Assembly (NCBI RefSeq): GCF_000002865.3
Contig: NW_001865086.1
Span: forward strand, 97,447-161,446
Direction of reading: 5' to 3'
From: Monosiga brevicollis MX1
Taxonomy: Eukaryota
DNA: 64,000 nt
Position 1 is the stretch's first letter. Each line of letters starts with the position of its first letter. The notes below the pieces were generated by a model. That model did no database searches and had not been told where the DNA came from. It saw nothing but the letters and a program-made list of their open reading frames with translations. Below, one piece after another: positions 11,201 to 24,291 of the stretch. A program made the position numbers and the translations under genes.

Positions 11201-13536
11201 CAACGCTTCGGGCGCTGCCAGTGCCTGGTCGAGCGCGCCGAGGGCCTGGGTGGTGGTCGCCTGGAAGGCAGGCCAGTCCATGGCAGGAAACTCTGGTGGC
11301 GCTTCATCGATGGTCCTCTGGATGTCCGCAACTGCCGTTGCAAGATTGGGGGTTTGTTTGGCGGCACCGCTGATAAATGCATCGAGGTGAGGGAGAGTAT
11401 GGCTGGTGGTGCGCGTGGGCAAGAGGGGCCTAAGCCAAGTATCCACCGCCACCACAACAGAGGCCGTGGTCTAATGGAGGGTTGTGTGGTGCCCATTGGT
11501 CGTGATGAGGTTGGATGAGGCCGTAGGAATTGGGGTAGTAAATGCATTGGGGAAAACAAGATGGGGGAGCAGGCTCACCTCGAGGGTGGGGGTGGTGGGC
11601 AGAGGCGGTAGCCAGGCGGAAGGCGGTGCCGGCGTGGGCGGAGCGAGTGGTGCGGGTGGTTGTGATAGGCGAGCCTCGTGAGCAGCAAACACGGGCTCCA
11701 GCTTGTCGCCATGCCCGCGTTGACGTCCGTAATCGAGGGGCGTGTTGCCATCCTGAAAACATGTGATTGGAGCGTGTGAGGTGGGCAGCGACGTGAGGGC
11801 TGAGTTGGGCGACGTGCATTTGCTTTTACATAACAAAGGCGAGGTGACAATGCTTTGAAGTGTGCCGGAGCCGCCAGACGCGCGAGTGGTGTGCAAATGG
11901 TGCGGGCAGGTAGCAGGGGTCCGAAAGGAGGCCCGCTTGGAGAGAAGGAAAAAAAAAAACGAAAAAAAAAAAGAAAGAAAGAAACGGCGCGTGTGCCGGG
12001 GGCAAAAGTGAAGGCACGGCCACCGAAAGCCGTTGGAGCGAGCGAGGGAGGCAGAGGCGTGATGACAAGGGGCTGGGGATGGATCAGAAAAAGGGGAGAG
12101 CGAAAACGGCAGGCGGAAGAGACAAGTGGGGCACGGGGCGCACCGGCAAAGGGCGGACGCAAAACGGGGAAAGAAGAGGGACAGCGGGAAAGAAGACAAG
12201 GAGCCAGGGGGGGAGAACGGACGCGCACGGGTGGGCAGGGTGTTGCGGAGAGGAGGGACGGGGGCAAAGGCGACGGGGCAGCGGGAGCAGGAGCAGCAGC
12301 CAGAGGGGTAAAGGGGGGAAGAGGGAGGTACTGTACTGACGTTGTCCTTGGCTTCAGTATCAACACCGTGCTCCAACAGCATCTCCGCCACCTTGACACG
12401 ACCGTTATAGCAGGCCCAGTGCAGTGGTGTATCGCCATACTGTGGGATGATGCATCAGCATGACGTACAGGTACAGCATCATCATCATCAGCATCATCAT
12501 GGGGTACAGGTGCACCGTCATAGGGGGGTAAAGGGGGAAAGAGGGAGGTACTGTACTGACGTTGTTCTTGGCTTTAGCATCAGCACCGTGCTTCAACAGC
12601 ATCTCCACCACCTTGACATGACCGTTACGGCAGGCCTTGTGCAGTGGTGTATCGCCACGCTGTGGGATGATGCATCAGCATGGCGTACAGGTACAGCATC
12701 ATCATCATCATCATCATGGGGTACGGGTGCAGCATCATATGGGGGGTAAAGGGGGGAAAGAGGGAGGTACTGTACTGACGTTGTCCTTGGCTTTAGCATC
12801 AGCACCGTGCTGCAACAGCATCTCCACCACCTTGACATCACCGTTACGGCAGGCCCAGTGCAGTGGTGTATCGCCATACTGTGGGATGATGCATCAGCAT
12901 GACGTACAGGTACAGCATCATCATCATCAGCATCATCATGGGGTACAGGTGCACCGTCATAGGGGGGTAAAGGGGGAAAGAGGGAGGTACTGTACTGACG
13001 TTGTTCTTGGCTTTAGCATCAGCACCGTGCTTCAACAGCATCTCCACCACCTTGACATGACCGTTACGGCAGGCCTTGTGCAGTGGTGTATCGCCACGCT
13101 GTGGGATGATGCATCAGCATGGCGTACAGGTACAGCATCATCATCATCATCATCATGGGGTACGGGTGCAGCATCATATGGGGGGTAAAGGGGGGGAAGA
13201 GGGAGGTACTGTACTGACGTTGTCCTTGGCTTTAGCATCAGCACCGTGCTGCAACAGCATCTCCACCACCTTGACATCACCGTTACGGCAGGCCCAGTGC
13301 AGTGGTGTATCGCCATGCTGTGGGATGATGCAAACATGCAATACACACTCCAGTGACATATTCAAAGTGTAACCAATATCACACAACATCATACCAAACA
13401 GCATACGTACCCGATCATCTTTGTATTGGGCAGCATCTCGTATACGTTGTTGGTCCCAACTGGTCAACAGCTGAAGCGCCTTTTGTGGATCTAATGTAAG
13501 ACACGCCATGTACAGCTGCTTTCCATCATCACTCAT
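8282..13536 (-). CDS. Ankyrin repeat - helical/coiled-coil - protein kinase - PARP-type ADP-ribosyltransferase fusion, copy A (about 1208 aa, 12 exons)
   Basis: Exons, all GT-AG and in frame: 13536-13411, 13317-13219, 13098-13000, 12878-12780, 12659-12561, 12439-12341, 11752-11579, 11470-9437, 9334-9161, 9093-8722, 8637-8492, 8387-8282. Motifs: GxTPLHxAC ankyrins; kinase [82 protein letters not shown]. Confidence 0.9.
12341..13317 (-). repeat. Tandem exon+intron array: five 99-nt ankyrin exons, period about 220 bp, with a 439-bp higher-order duplication
   Basis: Exon starts 13317, 13098, 12878, 12659, 12439; near-identical introns of 120/121/120/121 nt. Confidence 0.95.
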
Positions 13537-14394
13537 GGTCACGGTATCTCTCTCTATTCACCATCCGCTTCAAACCGCTTTGCTTGCTTCTCTATCCACC
13601 ACCAATCTCATGAGCCCCCTCCAAATACAACTCGTCTGACAACCCAGAATTCGGACTGGGATTCGACAGGCGCGCCGTTTCCAAAACGGCAGCCGGTCAG
13701 CGGGCTCCTTGCTCTTCTCTGCCTGGTGCACCAAACGACTCACCTTTGGACAACAGTTCTCGGTGACAGTGGCGAGGACCGGTGTACTTGGTTGCCCAGC
13801 GCACGTTGTCGACTGCGAGGTGAGATCAGTGAGGTCAACTGAAAGCAAAAAACAAAAAAATGGCAGCGGTGCTTTCAATCAAAACGTTCTGGCGTCGCTG
13901 CAAGGCCCCGACCAGGAAAGTCCGGTACCAAGCACAAACGATCAGTCACCACGCACACACACAGAAAGCAAGACACGTCAAGCAGCCCGCCGATGCCGAT
14001 ACCGATACCGACACCGCTGCCAAAAAAGGGCACCACCAACAACAAGAAGAAGAAGAAGAAGAAGACGAAGTCAAAAGCACAAGCAAAAGCAAAAGCAAAA
14101 GCAAAAGCAAAAGCAAAAGCAATGGCAAACAACCGAAAGGAAGAAAAATGCAAGCAACACAACACACACGTTTACACCTTTTTCTTCTTCTTTTTTAATT
14201 TTTTTATTTTCAAAGAAGAAAAGCACTGGACCGGGCTCATGGGTGGTAAGGACGGTTTGCGCCGGTCAATCGGATCGCCACGCCCAACGTACCTGCCAAA
14301 TCTATTGGCTCGGCCGATCGAGCCCCCGTGTATTTCTTTCTTCTGCGCACCAACCACACCCATAGAGAGTGTAATTCGTCTCAGTTTTATGTAT

Positions 14395-14560
14395 CTCTCA
14401 AACTCTCTCTTTCTCTCAAACTCTCTCTATCTCTCTCAAACTCTCTCTCTCAAACTCTCTCTCTCAAACCCTCTCTCTCAAACTCTCTCTCTCAAACTCT
14501 CTCTCTCAAACTCTCTCTCTCTCAAACTCTCTCTGTCTCTCAAACTCTCTCTCTCTTTCT
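14395..14560. repeat. (TC)n-AAAC compound microsatellite
   Basis: Repeated CTCTCTCTCAAA units. Confidence 0.9.
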
Positions 14561-15215
14561 CACGCCTTGTGTACGAACAACGTGACAGCTCGCCTCTTAC
14601 ACCACAAAAATGGGGCTCGTACCTACAACATGTACTGCCCCTTTGCCAGCCATGCCATTCCAAGCCCGTTGGCTAACTTGCCTGGTCATACCAATCTTAT
14701 TCCCCGCCCAAACGTGAGCGACCATTCCTGACGGCGAGCTTTAGGTTCATCGCCATGGCGGTCATGGTGCTGCTCGTTCCCTTTGAACGCGCGTTTGCCT
14801 TCTGGAGCATTGCAACGGCAACCTTCACAAACCGATATATCTCCTGCAATAACTTACATCATCATTCCTAGCAGAAATACATTAACTTCTCGTATATCGA
14901 AATAAACGGTTTAAAGAAGAGTAAAAAACCCGAGGTGCATTTCCCCTGCAGCAACTTGCATCTTGTTCAACATTGCGAGGTTCGGGGCAGCAAGGGCAGC
15001 GGGTGACGGGACTGAGGAAGGGACGCGGGTGAGGAGCAAGTGTAGCAGAGACTCTTTTTAANNNNNNNNNNNNNNNNNNNNNNNNNNNNNNNNNNNNNNN
15101 NNNNNNNNNNNGTTTGGAAACCCCACCCCGACAGAAGACCCATCATGTTGCGCGCTTGTAAATTTAAAAATGGACACACTCGTATACAAGCGGGAGTTGG
15201 CCCTCCCCGGAGATT

Positions 15216-18090
15216 TCAATTGTAGGCGCGATCGCGGCCGTGGGGCTCGCTGAGCAACGCCTCGTAATTGTCCGGCCCTTGGGCCACAATGCCCAGAGGA
15301 TTGATCTTGCGATGGGAACCTACAGCAACATACAAAGCGCCAGAACACACACGCGCGCGCACACACAAACAATTGTGTCGTCAGCTCAGCTTGGACACGC
15401 TCATAAACCTTGGACACTTTGGCCTCAGCCCATCTCTCACGCGCTGTCGGCACGGATCGTACCAAAGTAGTGCTTCTTGGTCTCCAGCGGGTTAAACGTC
15501 GCGCTGACACCCTCCATCTGGTAAATCTCCCGCGTGTAGCCCCACAGGTTGGGGTAGTCCACCACGCGGCGCTTGTTGCACTTGAAATGGGTATGGTATA
15601 CGATATCAAAGCGCAGCTACTCATCCAATAACCCACACCAAATGAGCACATCGACATCACGTCGATTGGTGTGTGCGGTTGCTTTCGAGCCAAGGAAGAA
15701 AAAAAATAAAACGTACCAAGGTGGTGACCAAGCGAATGTCCGAAAGGGTCAGTCGGTCGCCACAGAGATAGCGCTGCTTGCCCAACAACGCCTCGACCTT
15801 GTCCAAAGCGTCAAACAGCTTGGTGCAGGCCGTATCGTAGGCTTCCTGGCTGCCCGCAAAGCCACAGCGATATACGCCCTGAAAATGGGCCCAGCACGAG
15901 ACACACGAGTTCAAATCAGCTGCACACCCCCAAAAACTCTGTTTTGATACAAGACAGTGTCTGCCACATACATCGTTGATGTTGGGATACACGAGCTCGT
16001 CAATCTCGGTCATGGCCGATTCCAAATCGGCCGGCTCCAGGTCCAGCTCGGGACGCTTGGCCAAATCGTTGAACTGTGAGTTGAACATGCCTAAAGGTCA
16101 AGGATATGTGCACGAGTCAGGCACCACACCAAGAGGTGAGCGCCACAAAGAGAACAGATCATCGGAAGAAATCCTCAAGTTGTCCTTGAAAAGGACAGAG
16201 GAAAGTTGTCTGATTGGGGTTTTTTTTTTTCTTTAAAGAAAAAAAGGCCAAGGGGTGGCGCGCGGGAGGCTTGGGGGCAGGCTGACGCACGGATGATTTC
16301 GCTGCTTTCATTGTTAACAATGGTCTAAAAAAATGATCGCGAGCCCGCGGCATGCTTGATGAGATTGCGTCCGGGACGCATTGCAGGCCCGTGGAGGATG
16401 AACCAACCTGAGTCTTCTTATCAAAGAGGACGGGCACGGAAAGCTTCTTGTACGGATAGCCGGGCTGTGCCAAATTGTAAACCTGGCAGATCATCGGTAC
16501 ATGATGGAAATAGGGTCATGAGGGCATACTGGAGTGTGATGCCGCNNNNNNNNNNNNNNNNNNNNNNNNNNNNNNNNNNNNNNNNNNNNNNNNNNCTGTC
16601 GCGGAACCTGTCATGGAGCCAATGACCACAATGGCTCCGCTCGCCTCGCACGTGATCCAGGGGTTCCGAGCAAACCTCCAGAAGAAGTCGCAACGCCTAC
16701 AGACTTTTGGCTTTGATCCTTACTTCTCGGCCTACATTGCTGTGACCATGCACATGAACCATCAGCTCAAGGCGAACCTGGCAGCAACCTGGTCTTCCCA
16801 TTGGGACCATGTCATGGTACCCTTCCTCGAAGGTGCCCTACACCGCAACCTTGCAAGTCCGGACATCACCCCAGCATCCTTGGAAGACGCCCGAGCCCAC
16901 CTGCACAAACAGTTTGGTTTCCACTTGGGAGTCGCCGCCCTGGCCCGAATGTTGGACGCTTCGACGAGCAATTTTACTGGACTCGCTGAGTTCGATGAGT
17001 GGGTGCAGGCGGTTGATTGCATGTTTCAGCACGAACCGCTTGAATACACCATGCTGACCAAGCTCCAGATGCTGTGCAAGCTCCAGCGCCAGTGCACTTG
17101 CAGCCGACTGGTGGAGCGTCTCGCCACTGCGGCACACCAGGCTACATCTGGTCCAGCAACCACGTTGACTAGAATCGTGAAAGAAGCTCTCGATGGTTAC
17201 GTCCCGACTCGTGATACTCTTTTCAGCGTGCCAAGCAACCGGACGGCGCACAAGGGGCCGACGATCCACTCGGCCGCCGGATGCCGCAAGCGGCCTCTGA
17301 AAGAATAGGCCAAGGAAGGTCTCGGAGGGGCAATGGCTGTTGCGTACGTCGTGAAGATACTCAAACTCTGGGTGAAGAGGATCGGGGTCCTCCTTGGTAA
17401 AGGGCCAGCCGCGGTAGGGCCGGCCATCATCGGGCCACTCCAGAAACCAGCCTAAAGCCGACGCGGGCCATGGAATAGCGCAGTGGTGTGGTGCCAACGG
17501 CGTGAGGGCAGGGCGTGGTCCTTGGGAAGTGTGGATGAGCAAAGCTGTGGCTGAGGGAGGAAGGGTGCGAAAAGCTAACCAAGCATGGTGACGGAGATGA
17601 CGTCTTCGAGGCCCTTGAGCGAGCGCATCAAGAGGGCGCGGTGGGCCCAGGGACAAGCCCATGCCACGTCTAAAAAGGATGGGCCGAGATGAGTCGCAAG
17701 GCACTTTCCAAAGCTCGAAGCACTGTCCAAAGCATGTGTGTGTGCATGCACGCGCAAGGCGAGGGGATGGCAAAAACACAGTCGAGACGCACAGAGGTGG
17801 TAGCGACCGGCTTCGGCCGGGTACTTTTCCGAGCCAATGGTGTCGTGAAAGGCCGTAGGGGGGCGACGAAAGGCACCAGCCTTGGCCTCTTCCTCAGACA
17901 CGCCAAATTTGTTTTGGTCCGAGCCCTCGACCTACGCACGAATTTGGAAAGAGCCAGCGTCAGAAGCTGCAAGTGGCCAGGATGGCAGACACCAATAGGC
18001 GAGAGCACCAACGTGGGCAAATTGATCCGAGGCAGTGGTGCCAAAGATGTCGCCTTGGCTGGCGCCGACGTTATCCTTGTTAGCAGCCAT
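15216..18090 (-). CDS. Glutathionyl-hydroquinone reductase / Xi-class GST (YqjG/ECM4 family), multi-exon
   Basis: [19 protein letters not shown] active site; [71 protein letters not shown]; stop TGA 15216-15218. Start exon MAANKDN (18090) is inferred. Spans an N gap. Confidence 0.9.
16596..17308 (+). other. Antisense ORF (at least 231 aa, open into the gap) nested in a GST intron; possibly a gag-like insertion
   Basis: Uninterrupted ORF inside intron 16483-17347, which is far longer than neighbouring introns. [14 protein letters not shown] loosely resembles the retrotransposon gag helix. Confidence 0.35.
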
Positions 18091-18962
18091 TGTGAGCAAC
18101 CGGGATTGAGGCAAGACTGCAGAGCCGAAGCTGAATCGGGATGCGCAATAGTACAGCAGCAAAGCGTTGATGAGGGGCCAGGTTTGCGACTTTTTTAAAA
18201 AAAAAAGAAAGAGGTCACAAGTGATAGAGTCGGCACGCAACAACAACAACAACAAAGAAAAGAGCCGGATGAGGGAAGACATACCGGTGGGTCGAGGTAG
18301 CGCGGGCAAAGGGCTTGCTGGTGACGCCGGTGTGCGCAGTTCGAGAGGCTGTGAGCAGACGCTTGGAGACGGGAACACTCGATCGCCACAACCGCTGAAG
18401 ATGCGCTCCAAACATTGATAGCTGAACATGGCAGCACGTAGCACGGTCCGTGAGAGTTGGGGCCAGGTAGGAGTACGCAGGACAGGCAACAGTCTTTGCG
18501 CCAAGCCACAACCGGGACGTACCGAGGAAGGGAGTGAGACAACAGTACGCGTAAAAGGGCTCCAGGCACTGGGACTTGTTCTTGAGAGAGAGAGAGAGAG
18601 ATGAAGAAAATGCCACTTGGAAAAGTGTGTTGAGCATCTAATCTTGTTGTGATGGCAACATGATCAGAGACTGTGTCATTCGTGTTGGACGAAGGACCCA
18701 GAGGCTTGAGAAAGGTGGACGACTTGAGACGAATGCGCGAGGCGCGATCCTTGCCATGGCCAGTCCTGTGCAAAGTGCGTCCCAGTGTTCATGGACGTCG
18801 CCGCTGCCCTTTTAGCTTCTTTTTTTTCAGGTAGCTCCATCCTCGGATGTAAACTTTTTTTGCCTGGGATGTGTATATTTGTCCTGGGAAATAGCATTGG
18901 TATCCTGGGAAATAACATCTGCTTTGTTTTTTTTGCGATGATGGTGTTATGACGTGATTTCG

Positions 18963-19919
18963 TCATCTTGATGGGAGAGTGTGTTGCAGCCAGGCGCGCT
19001 TTCGTAAGCGCGCTGGGAAGGCCTCCAGCTTGCAGCGGCCGCGGTGGCGCGCCGAGCTCGGTGTGGCGGTGTGCGACCTTGAAACCAACAAAACGAATTG
19101 TGACGCCGAAATGATGGTGGTGGGGGTAATTGGTGATGGTGATGAGGAAGAGATGGCAACTTGGTCTTGCAATTCTTCTGCAAAGCTAAAACGATCAGAC
19201 TATGTATCATCATCATATACTATCATGTCGTCGTCGCAGCACGGTCTGTCGGCGAGGGCGGGCTCGGCCCTGAACCCACTCGCGTCTAGACCTGGCCTGG
19301 CGCATGGCCCAGCTCGCTTGCGGCTGAGCACGCTCTGAAAACAACGCACACACATACACATACACACACAGAGGGCACATACATCAGTACAGACACCCGT
19401 ATGTTGGAGCGAATTAAGTTTTTTTCTCTATGGGAGGCTGTAGGCGGTTTGGCCGTCCTCTTTGTCGTTCTCGTGAGGGTGGTGGGTGTGGGAGGAAAAG
19501 AGTTGGTCAAGCTCTTCGGGGGTCCAAGACTCTTCGTGGTGGTCCTCGTCGTTGGTGACCGATTGGCTAGGGGTTGTGTCCAGAAAGGGAAGGGGATGTG
19601 TGCCGCGGCGGAGGGCGAGGTTGGAGGGGCGCGGATGGAACGTAGATTTGATCGCGAGTTCTAGTCGGTCTGTGCTGGACCGAGCTTTGGTGCCGTTGTC
19701 CAGCGACAATGATAAGAGCGAGGCCGACAAGGGCGTCGCGGCAACGGCGGCGGTGGAGGAGTTGGCAGTGACCGATTCAGTCGAGGCTGGCAGGGGGGGC
19801 GACAAAGCTTCAGCCGATGACGGCTCGTGGTCGTGGTAGCAGAAGGCTTGCTGCTGATGGCGATGATGGCGATGGCGGTGATGATGGTGGTGGTGGTGGT
19901 GGTCGTGGTGCACGGCCAT
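18963..19919 (-). CDS. Hypothetical His/Ser-rich low-complexity protein (exon structure uncertain)
   Basis: ORF MAVHHDHHHH...EESWTPEELDQLF...; possible downstream exons near 19340-18963; no recognised domain. Confidence 0.3.
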
Positions 19920-21133
19920 TGTGCTGGTGGTTTCTGGCACGCAGCTGTTGAAAAGAAAGGAAACAAGGGGGCAGAGCACGCTCTGATGGCTCAAGTCTGG
20001 AGGGTCCGGGGTCGTGGGGGACGGGTGGGTAGCGCAGGTGTCGACGTCAAAAGTTGGGCAACACTGGCAGCCGCGGCGGTCGGTAATCTGGCAAATACAA
20101 CGGCAGGGGCATTCAATCTCTGCAAGCGCATGGTGTCCACCCGACCAAGAAGCGCACAGTTCTACCCTTCTTGACCGTCGATCACACACGATGGCAGAGC
20201 GTGTCCCTCGATCAGAAGCTCACGCGCTCGCCACAGAGAGTGTGTGTGGGATTGAGAGGGAGAGGAAGAGAGGGGCGAGCGAGGACAATGTTCGTTTGAG
20301 TGAGTGTGTGTGAGTGAGTGTGTGTGTGTGTGTGTGTGTNNNNNNNNNNNNNNNNNNNNNNNNNNNNNNNNNNNNNNNNNNNNNNNNNNAACACACACAC
20401 ACACACATGATGAACACATGCACAAGTGTATCATCATCATCATCAGAATAGTCGACATTTTCACGAAAATGAGTCCGTAGGTGGTATTTTGGCACGTACG
20501 GCGCACCTGCACCACCTCCTGCCTGCCTGCGTATCTCCACCACCTGCCCCGTTAACACCAGATCATCCATGCACCTGCCCCGCCTGCGTACCTTCACCGC
20601 CTTGCACCGCCCGCGTACCTTCACCACCGGCACACCTCCGACGCTATCGCTTCTTGGCGTTTGTTGGATGCGCACCTGCATCACCTGGCGCGCTTGCACC
20701 GTACGGCTGGCTTTCGCAGATTGGCGAGCACACCACCGCCGCCGGGTCAGCAACATCTGGTCGATGCTGAGTCATGGACCGCCGCCACCTCCCTCTTCTT
20801 ACACACTGCCACTGCCATTACAACCACTCCAGCTGTCGTTACTCGTGCCCCGAGTGCCGAGTTCCGGAGCTTCGAGCCGCGATCAGACCCGAACCGGGTC
20901 ACGAGACGACTCTCTGCAACAGAAATTGGAGAGCGACGGAGAAACGTTCGATGCAAGCGGCGACCGGCTCCATTGGCCAGATGACCGTCATGCTCATCTG
21001 GTACACATGCGCGCCTCTCTGCCTGTGTGCGTGTGTGCTGGCGGTCGGGGCCACAGGAAGCCGAGAGATGACCAGGCAGGCCATAAGCCTTTAGTACTAT
21101 GGCGCCAAGAGTGCATGCATGCCACTCTCCCTT

Positions 21134-21191
<58 letters not shown>

Positions 21192-21192
21192 T

Positions 21193-21223
<31 letters not shown>

Positions 21224-22479
21224 GTTTTTATCGTTTCTCTCTTTCTCTCTCTTTCCCTCCCTCTTTGTTGTTCCTCTTGGATAAGCAGGGGATCGTATGG
21301 GGCTGCCGTTTGATTTGTGCCGTTCAGGGCAGGGACTCGTAATGATGGGCGCTCGGGGCAATGCATATCATCATCATGACGGGGAAACCCTTCGACACAC
21401 GCACACACCTGCCGCCGAACAGATGCGTGGTCTGGCGGTCACGCTTTTGCTTTTTGTCGTAATAGCGTTGTAAATGCACGACCCGCTGCCGTTGGTTTTT
21501 TTCTCGGTCCGGAGCTCGGCCGGCACTGCCATACGACTATGGATACCTCATCATCATTATGATGCTATGGCAGCCGCGTGACCATGGAGGAAGCAGAGGC
21601 GGAGGAGCCGCTGGCAGGGCCACCTGGTTTGAGCTAAAGGGTTAATCAAGGTAGTAGCAGTAGTAATAGCAGCAGCAGTAGCACATCAATGGGCGCTGCC
21701 ATATTCTCGCCGCGCGGCGATTGTGAGTGGTCATAGAGATCCCGTTTCATTCCGTTTTTTGCTCAGTGAATTTGAAAACACGTTCTCTCTGATATCACAC
21801 AGCTATCGATAGACATCTCTGGATCAGCTTGATGTTTAGCTTGTGAACATACATGAAGATTAACCCTTCTCTGCACATTAACCCCCTGGCACCAGTCACT
21901 CTCTCCCATCGCAATCCTCTATTTTAAGCATCCCCGTCCCAAAATGGCCGGAAGGTCTATATTTAGATCCCAAGCTCTATCCACGACACGCTGCTGATGC
22001 ATGCCACGACGCATTTTTACGTTTCCTGTTTTAACAAGTCTTGAGACCTCTTCATTTTAAAGCTTTTAAGTTTGAGGTACGCTACGTCAAAACTAGCCGT
22101 TACAGCGTTCCTGCGCGCGCTGCGCTGCGCTGTGCGCTGCCCTCCTCTTGTGGTTCTCTTCCTTCGTGCGCGTTTCTCTATGCTCCTTTTCCTCTGTGCG
22201 TCTTCCTCTTTCTCCATGTGCTTCCTGTGGGTCGACTCTGCGTCTGTGTTTCTGCACCGTCCCTTCCCCTTTCTTTCCCTCTGTTTCACACCTCCTCGCT
22301 TGACCTCTTGCTTCCTCCCCCTCTCTCTTTCACTCGCTCTCTCATTCACTGCTGAGCCTCGTTCCTGTCCTCTCCGCTTTTCTCACCACCCTGTCTCTCG
22401 CACATTCCGTCCTTCTTCTGCCGCAAAGCTGTAGGGACCAGAGGATCCGATCCACTTGACTGGCCTCAACCAGATCGGC

Positions 22480-24291
22480 ATGTCCAAGCCCATCTCATCG
22501 TTTTTCAGCCCCGTGGGCGTCAAGTCTTCCAGCAAGACATCGGCCAAGCGTGCCCAGGCCGACGTAGACCCTGCAGGTGACCCCGCCTCCCCCACGGCCA
22601 AATCCCCAAAAGGTATGGCACCCGCACCCACATCCACATCCCTCGCCCCCTCCTCCCTCACCCCTCGCACCTCCTTGCTCATCACCCATTTTTATCGGCC
22701 TTCTGTATCCAACACCCGACAGGAACGCCCTTGAGCCCAGAGCAACAAAAGCAAATTGCCGAGAAACGCCTTGAAGCCGTCCTCAAGCAATGCAAGGCCA
22801 AAGGTCTTCCCCTGACCGACAGCCTGGCCCCCGACTGGCGCCAAGCCCTCCGTGCCGAGTTTGACAAGCCCTACTACAAACAGGTAGGCCGTCACGTGCT
22901 TGATCGCCTTTTTTTTTTTCCTACTTCATCCCTTCTGCTTCTCTCTGTCTCCTCAACTGATCGCCGTGCCCGCAGCTCATGGAGTTTTTGACCAAGCAAC
23001 AAGCCGCCAAAAAGGTCATCTACCCGCCTCGTACGTAAACCCCGAGCCCCTGCCCCTCCTTGGCTCCTCTTTGCCCTGTCCTCAACCTGTTGTTTTTGTC
23101 CTTATTTTTTGCCTGTCGTCACTCATCTGGCCCGTCTGCCGGATCCACTCTTCTGCAGCGGAGATGGTGCACTCGTACAGCCGCGCCTGCCGCCTGCGCG
23201 ACGTCAAGGTCGTCATCCTCGGCCAGGTACCCGACAAGCCTGGACAACAAGCCTCGCCTTCCCCCTCTTGAGCCTTGCTCAGCTCACACCAACTACCCGT
23301 TGCTCCCCACCAGGACCCATATCATGGCCCAGGCCAGGCCCATGGTCTTTGCTTCAGTGTGCTCAAGGGCGTCGCCAGTACGTTGGCCTGTCTCTGCTTG
23401 GCCCTTGGCCATTCTCCGCTCGGTCGCTCGGTCGATCCTCTGCTGCTACTTGCGCTGCCTCATTTCTCCTGCAACTCCCGACCCAGTTCCCGGTAGCCTC
23501 CGCAACATTTACAAAGAGCTGACAGCGGACATTGATGGGTTTGTGGCCCCCAAGCACGGCTATCTCCAATCCTGGGCCGATCAGGGTACGCTCCTCGTCT
23601 TATCTTGCTTTTGAGTCTTGTTTTGTTTTTTGTGTTTTGTTATCTATTTTTTTTTTTTTTCCTTCCTCTCTGCTCCCCTCCGCTGTGCTCATCTTCATCC
23701 ACGGCACGGTCAGGTGTGCTGATGCTCAACGCGTGTTTGACGGTGGAGCACAAGCAGCCCAACTCCCATGCAGGACAGGTGAGACTTGAAACAGGCCGTG
23801 TGTTTCCTCTCGCAACAGTGGGCCGCGCTTTGCTCACGCTGATGATGAAATTAGGGTTGGGAAAAATACACCGACGCCGTCATTGCATGGATCAGCAAAA
23901 ACCTCAACAACGTTGTCTTTATTCTCTGGGGCAATTATGCCAAGAAGAAAGGCAGCAAAGTCGATCAGGTGCGCTGCTACCCCACTGGGTCCCGCTCGCG
24001 CCTCGCCAAGACTGACCAGGCTCTCGCATGCCGCGTGTTCGATGTTGCTCCGTGTAGAAGCGCCACTGTGTCCTCGCTGGCGCCCACCCGTCACCCCTCT
24101 CTGCCACCAAGTACTTTGGTGTGTTGCTCAACTCATGCGCGAACCGAATCCAAAGGCGATTGTTGGCACGTCACTCACTTGTTTTTGACTTGGTGTGGGC
24201 TGCAGGCTGCCGGCACTTTAGCCGGGCCAACGAGTACTTGAAAAAGCACGGCAAAAAGCCCATCAACTGGAGCTCCGTTTCTGACGCATAG
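22480..24291 (+). CDS. UNG: Uracil-DNA glycosylase, family 1, multi-exon
   Basis: [74 protein letters not shown]...PINW; N-terminal ISSFFSP PIP-box-like motif; stop TAG 24289-24291. Confidence 0.95.

Noticed and set aside
12341..13317. CRISPR-like repeat-spacer appearance of the ankyrin arrays
   Set aside because: The units are exon+intron with splice signals and an ankyrin frame; no unique spacers or cas genes; eukaryotic context.
21637..21870. 11-bp inverted pair AAGGGTTAATC / GATTAACCCTT as piggyBac or MITE ends
   Set aside because: Orientation is opposite to TTAA-CCC...GGG-TTAA, the match is short and no other copies are visible.
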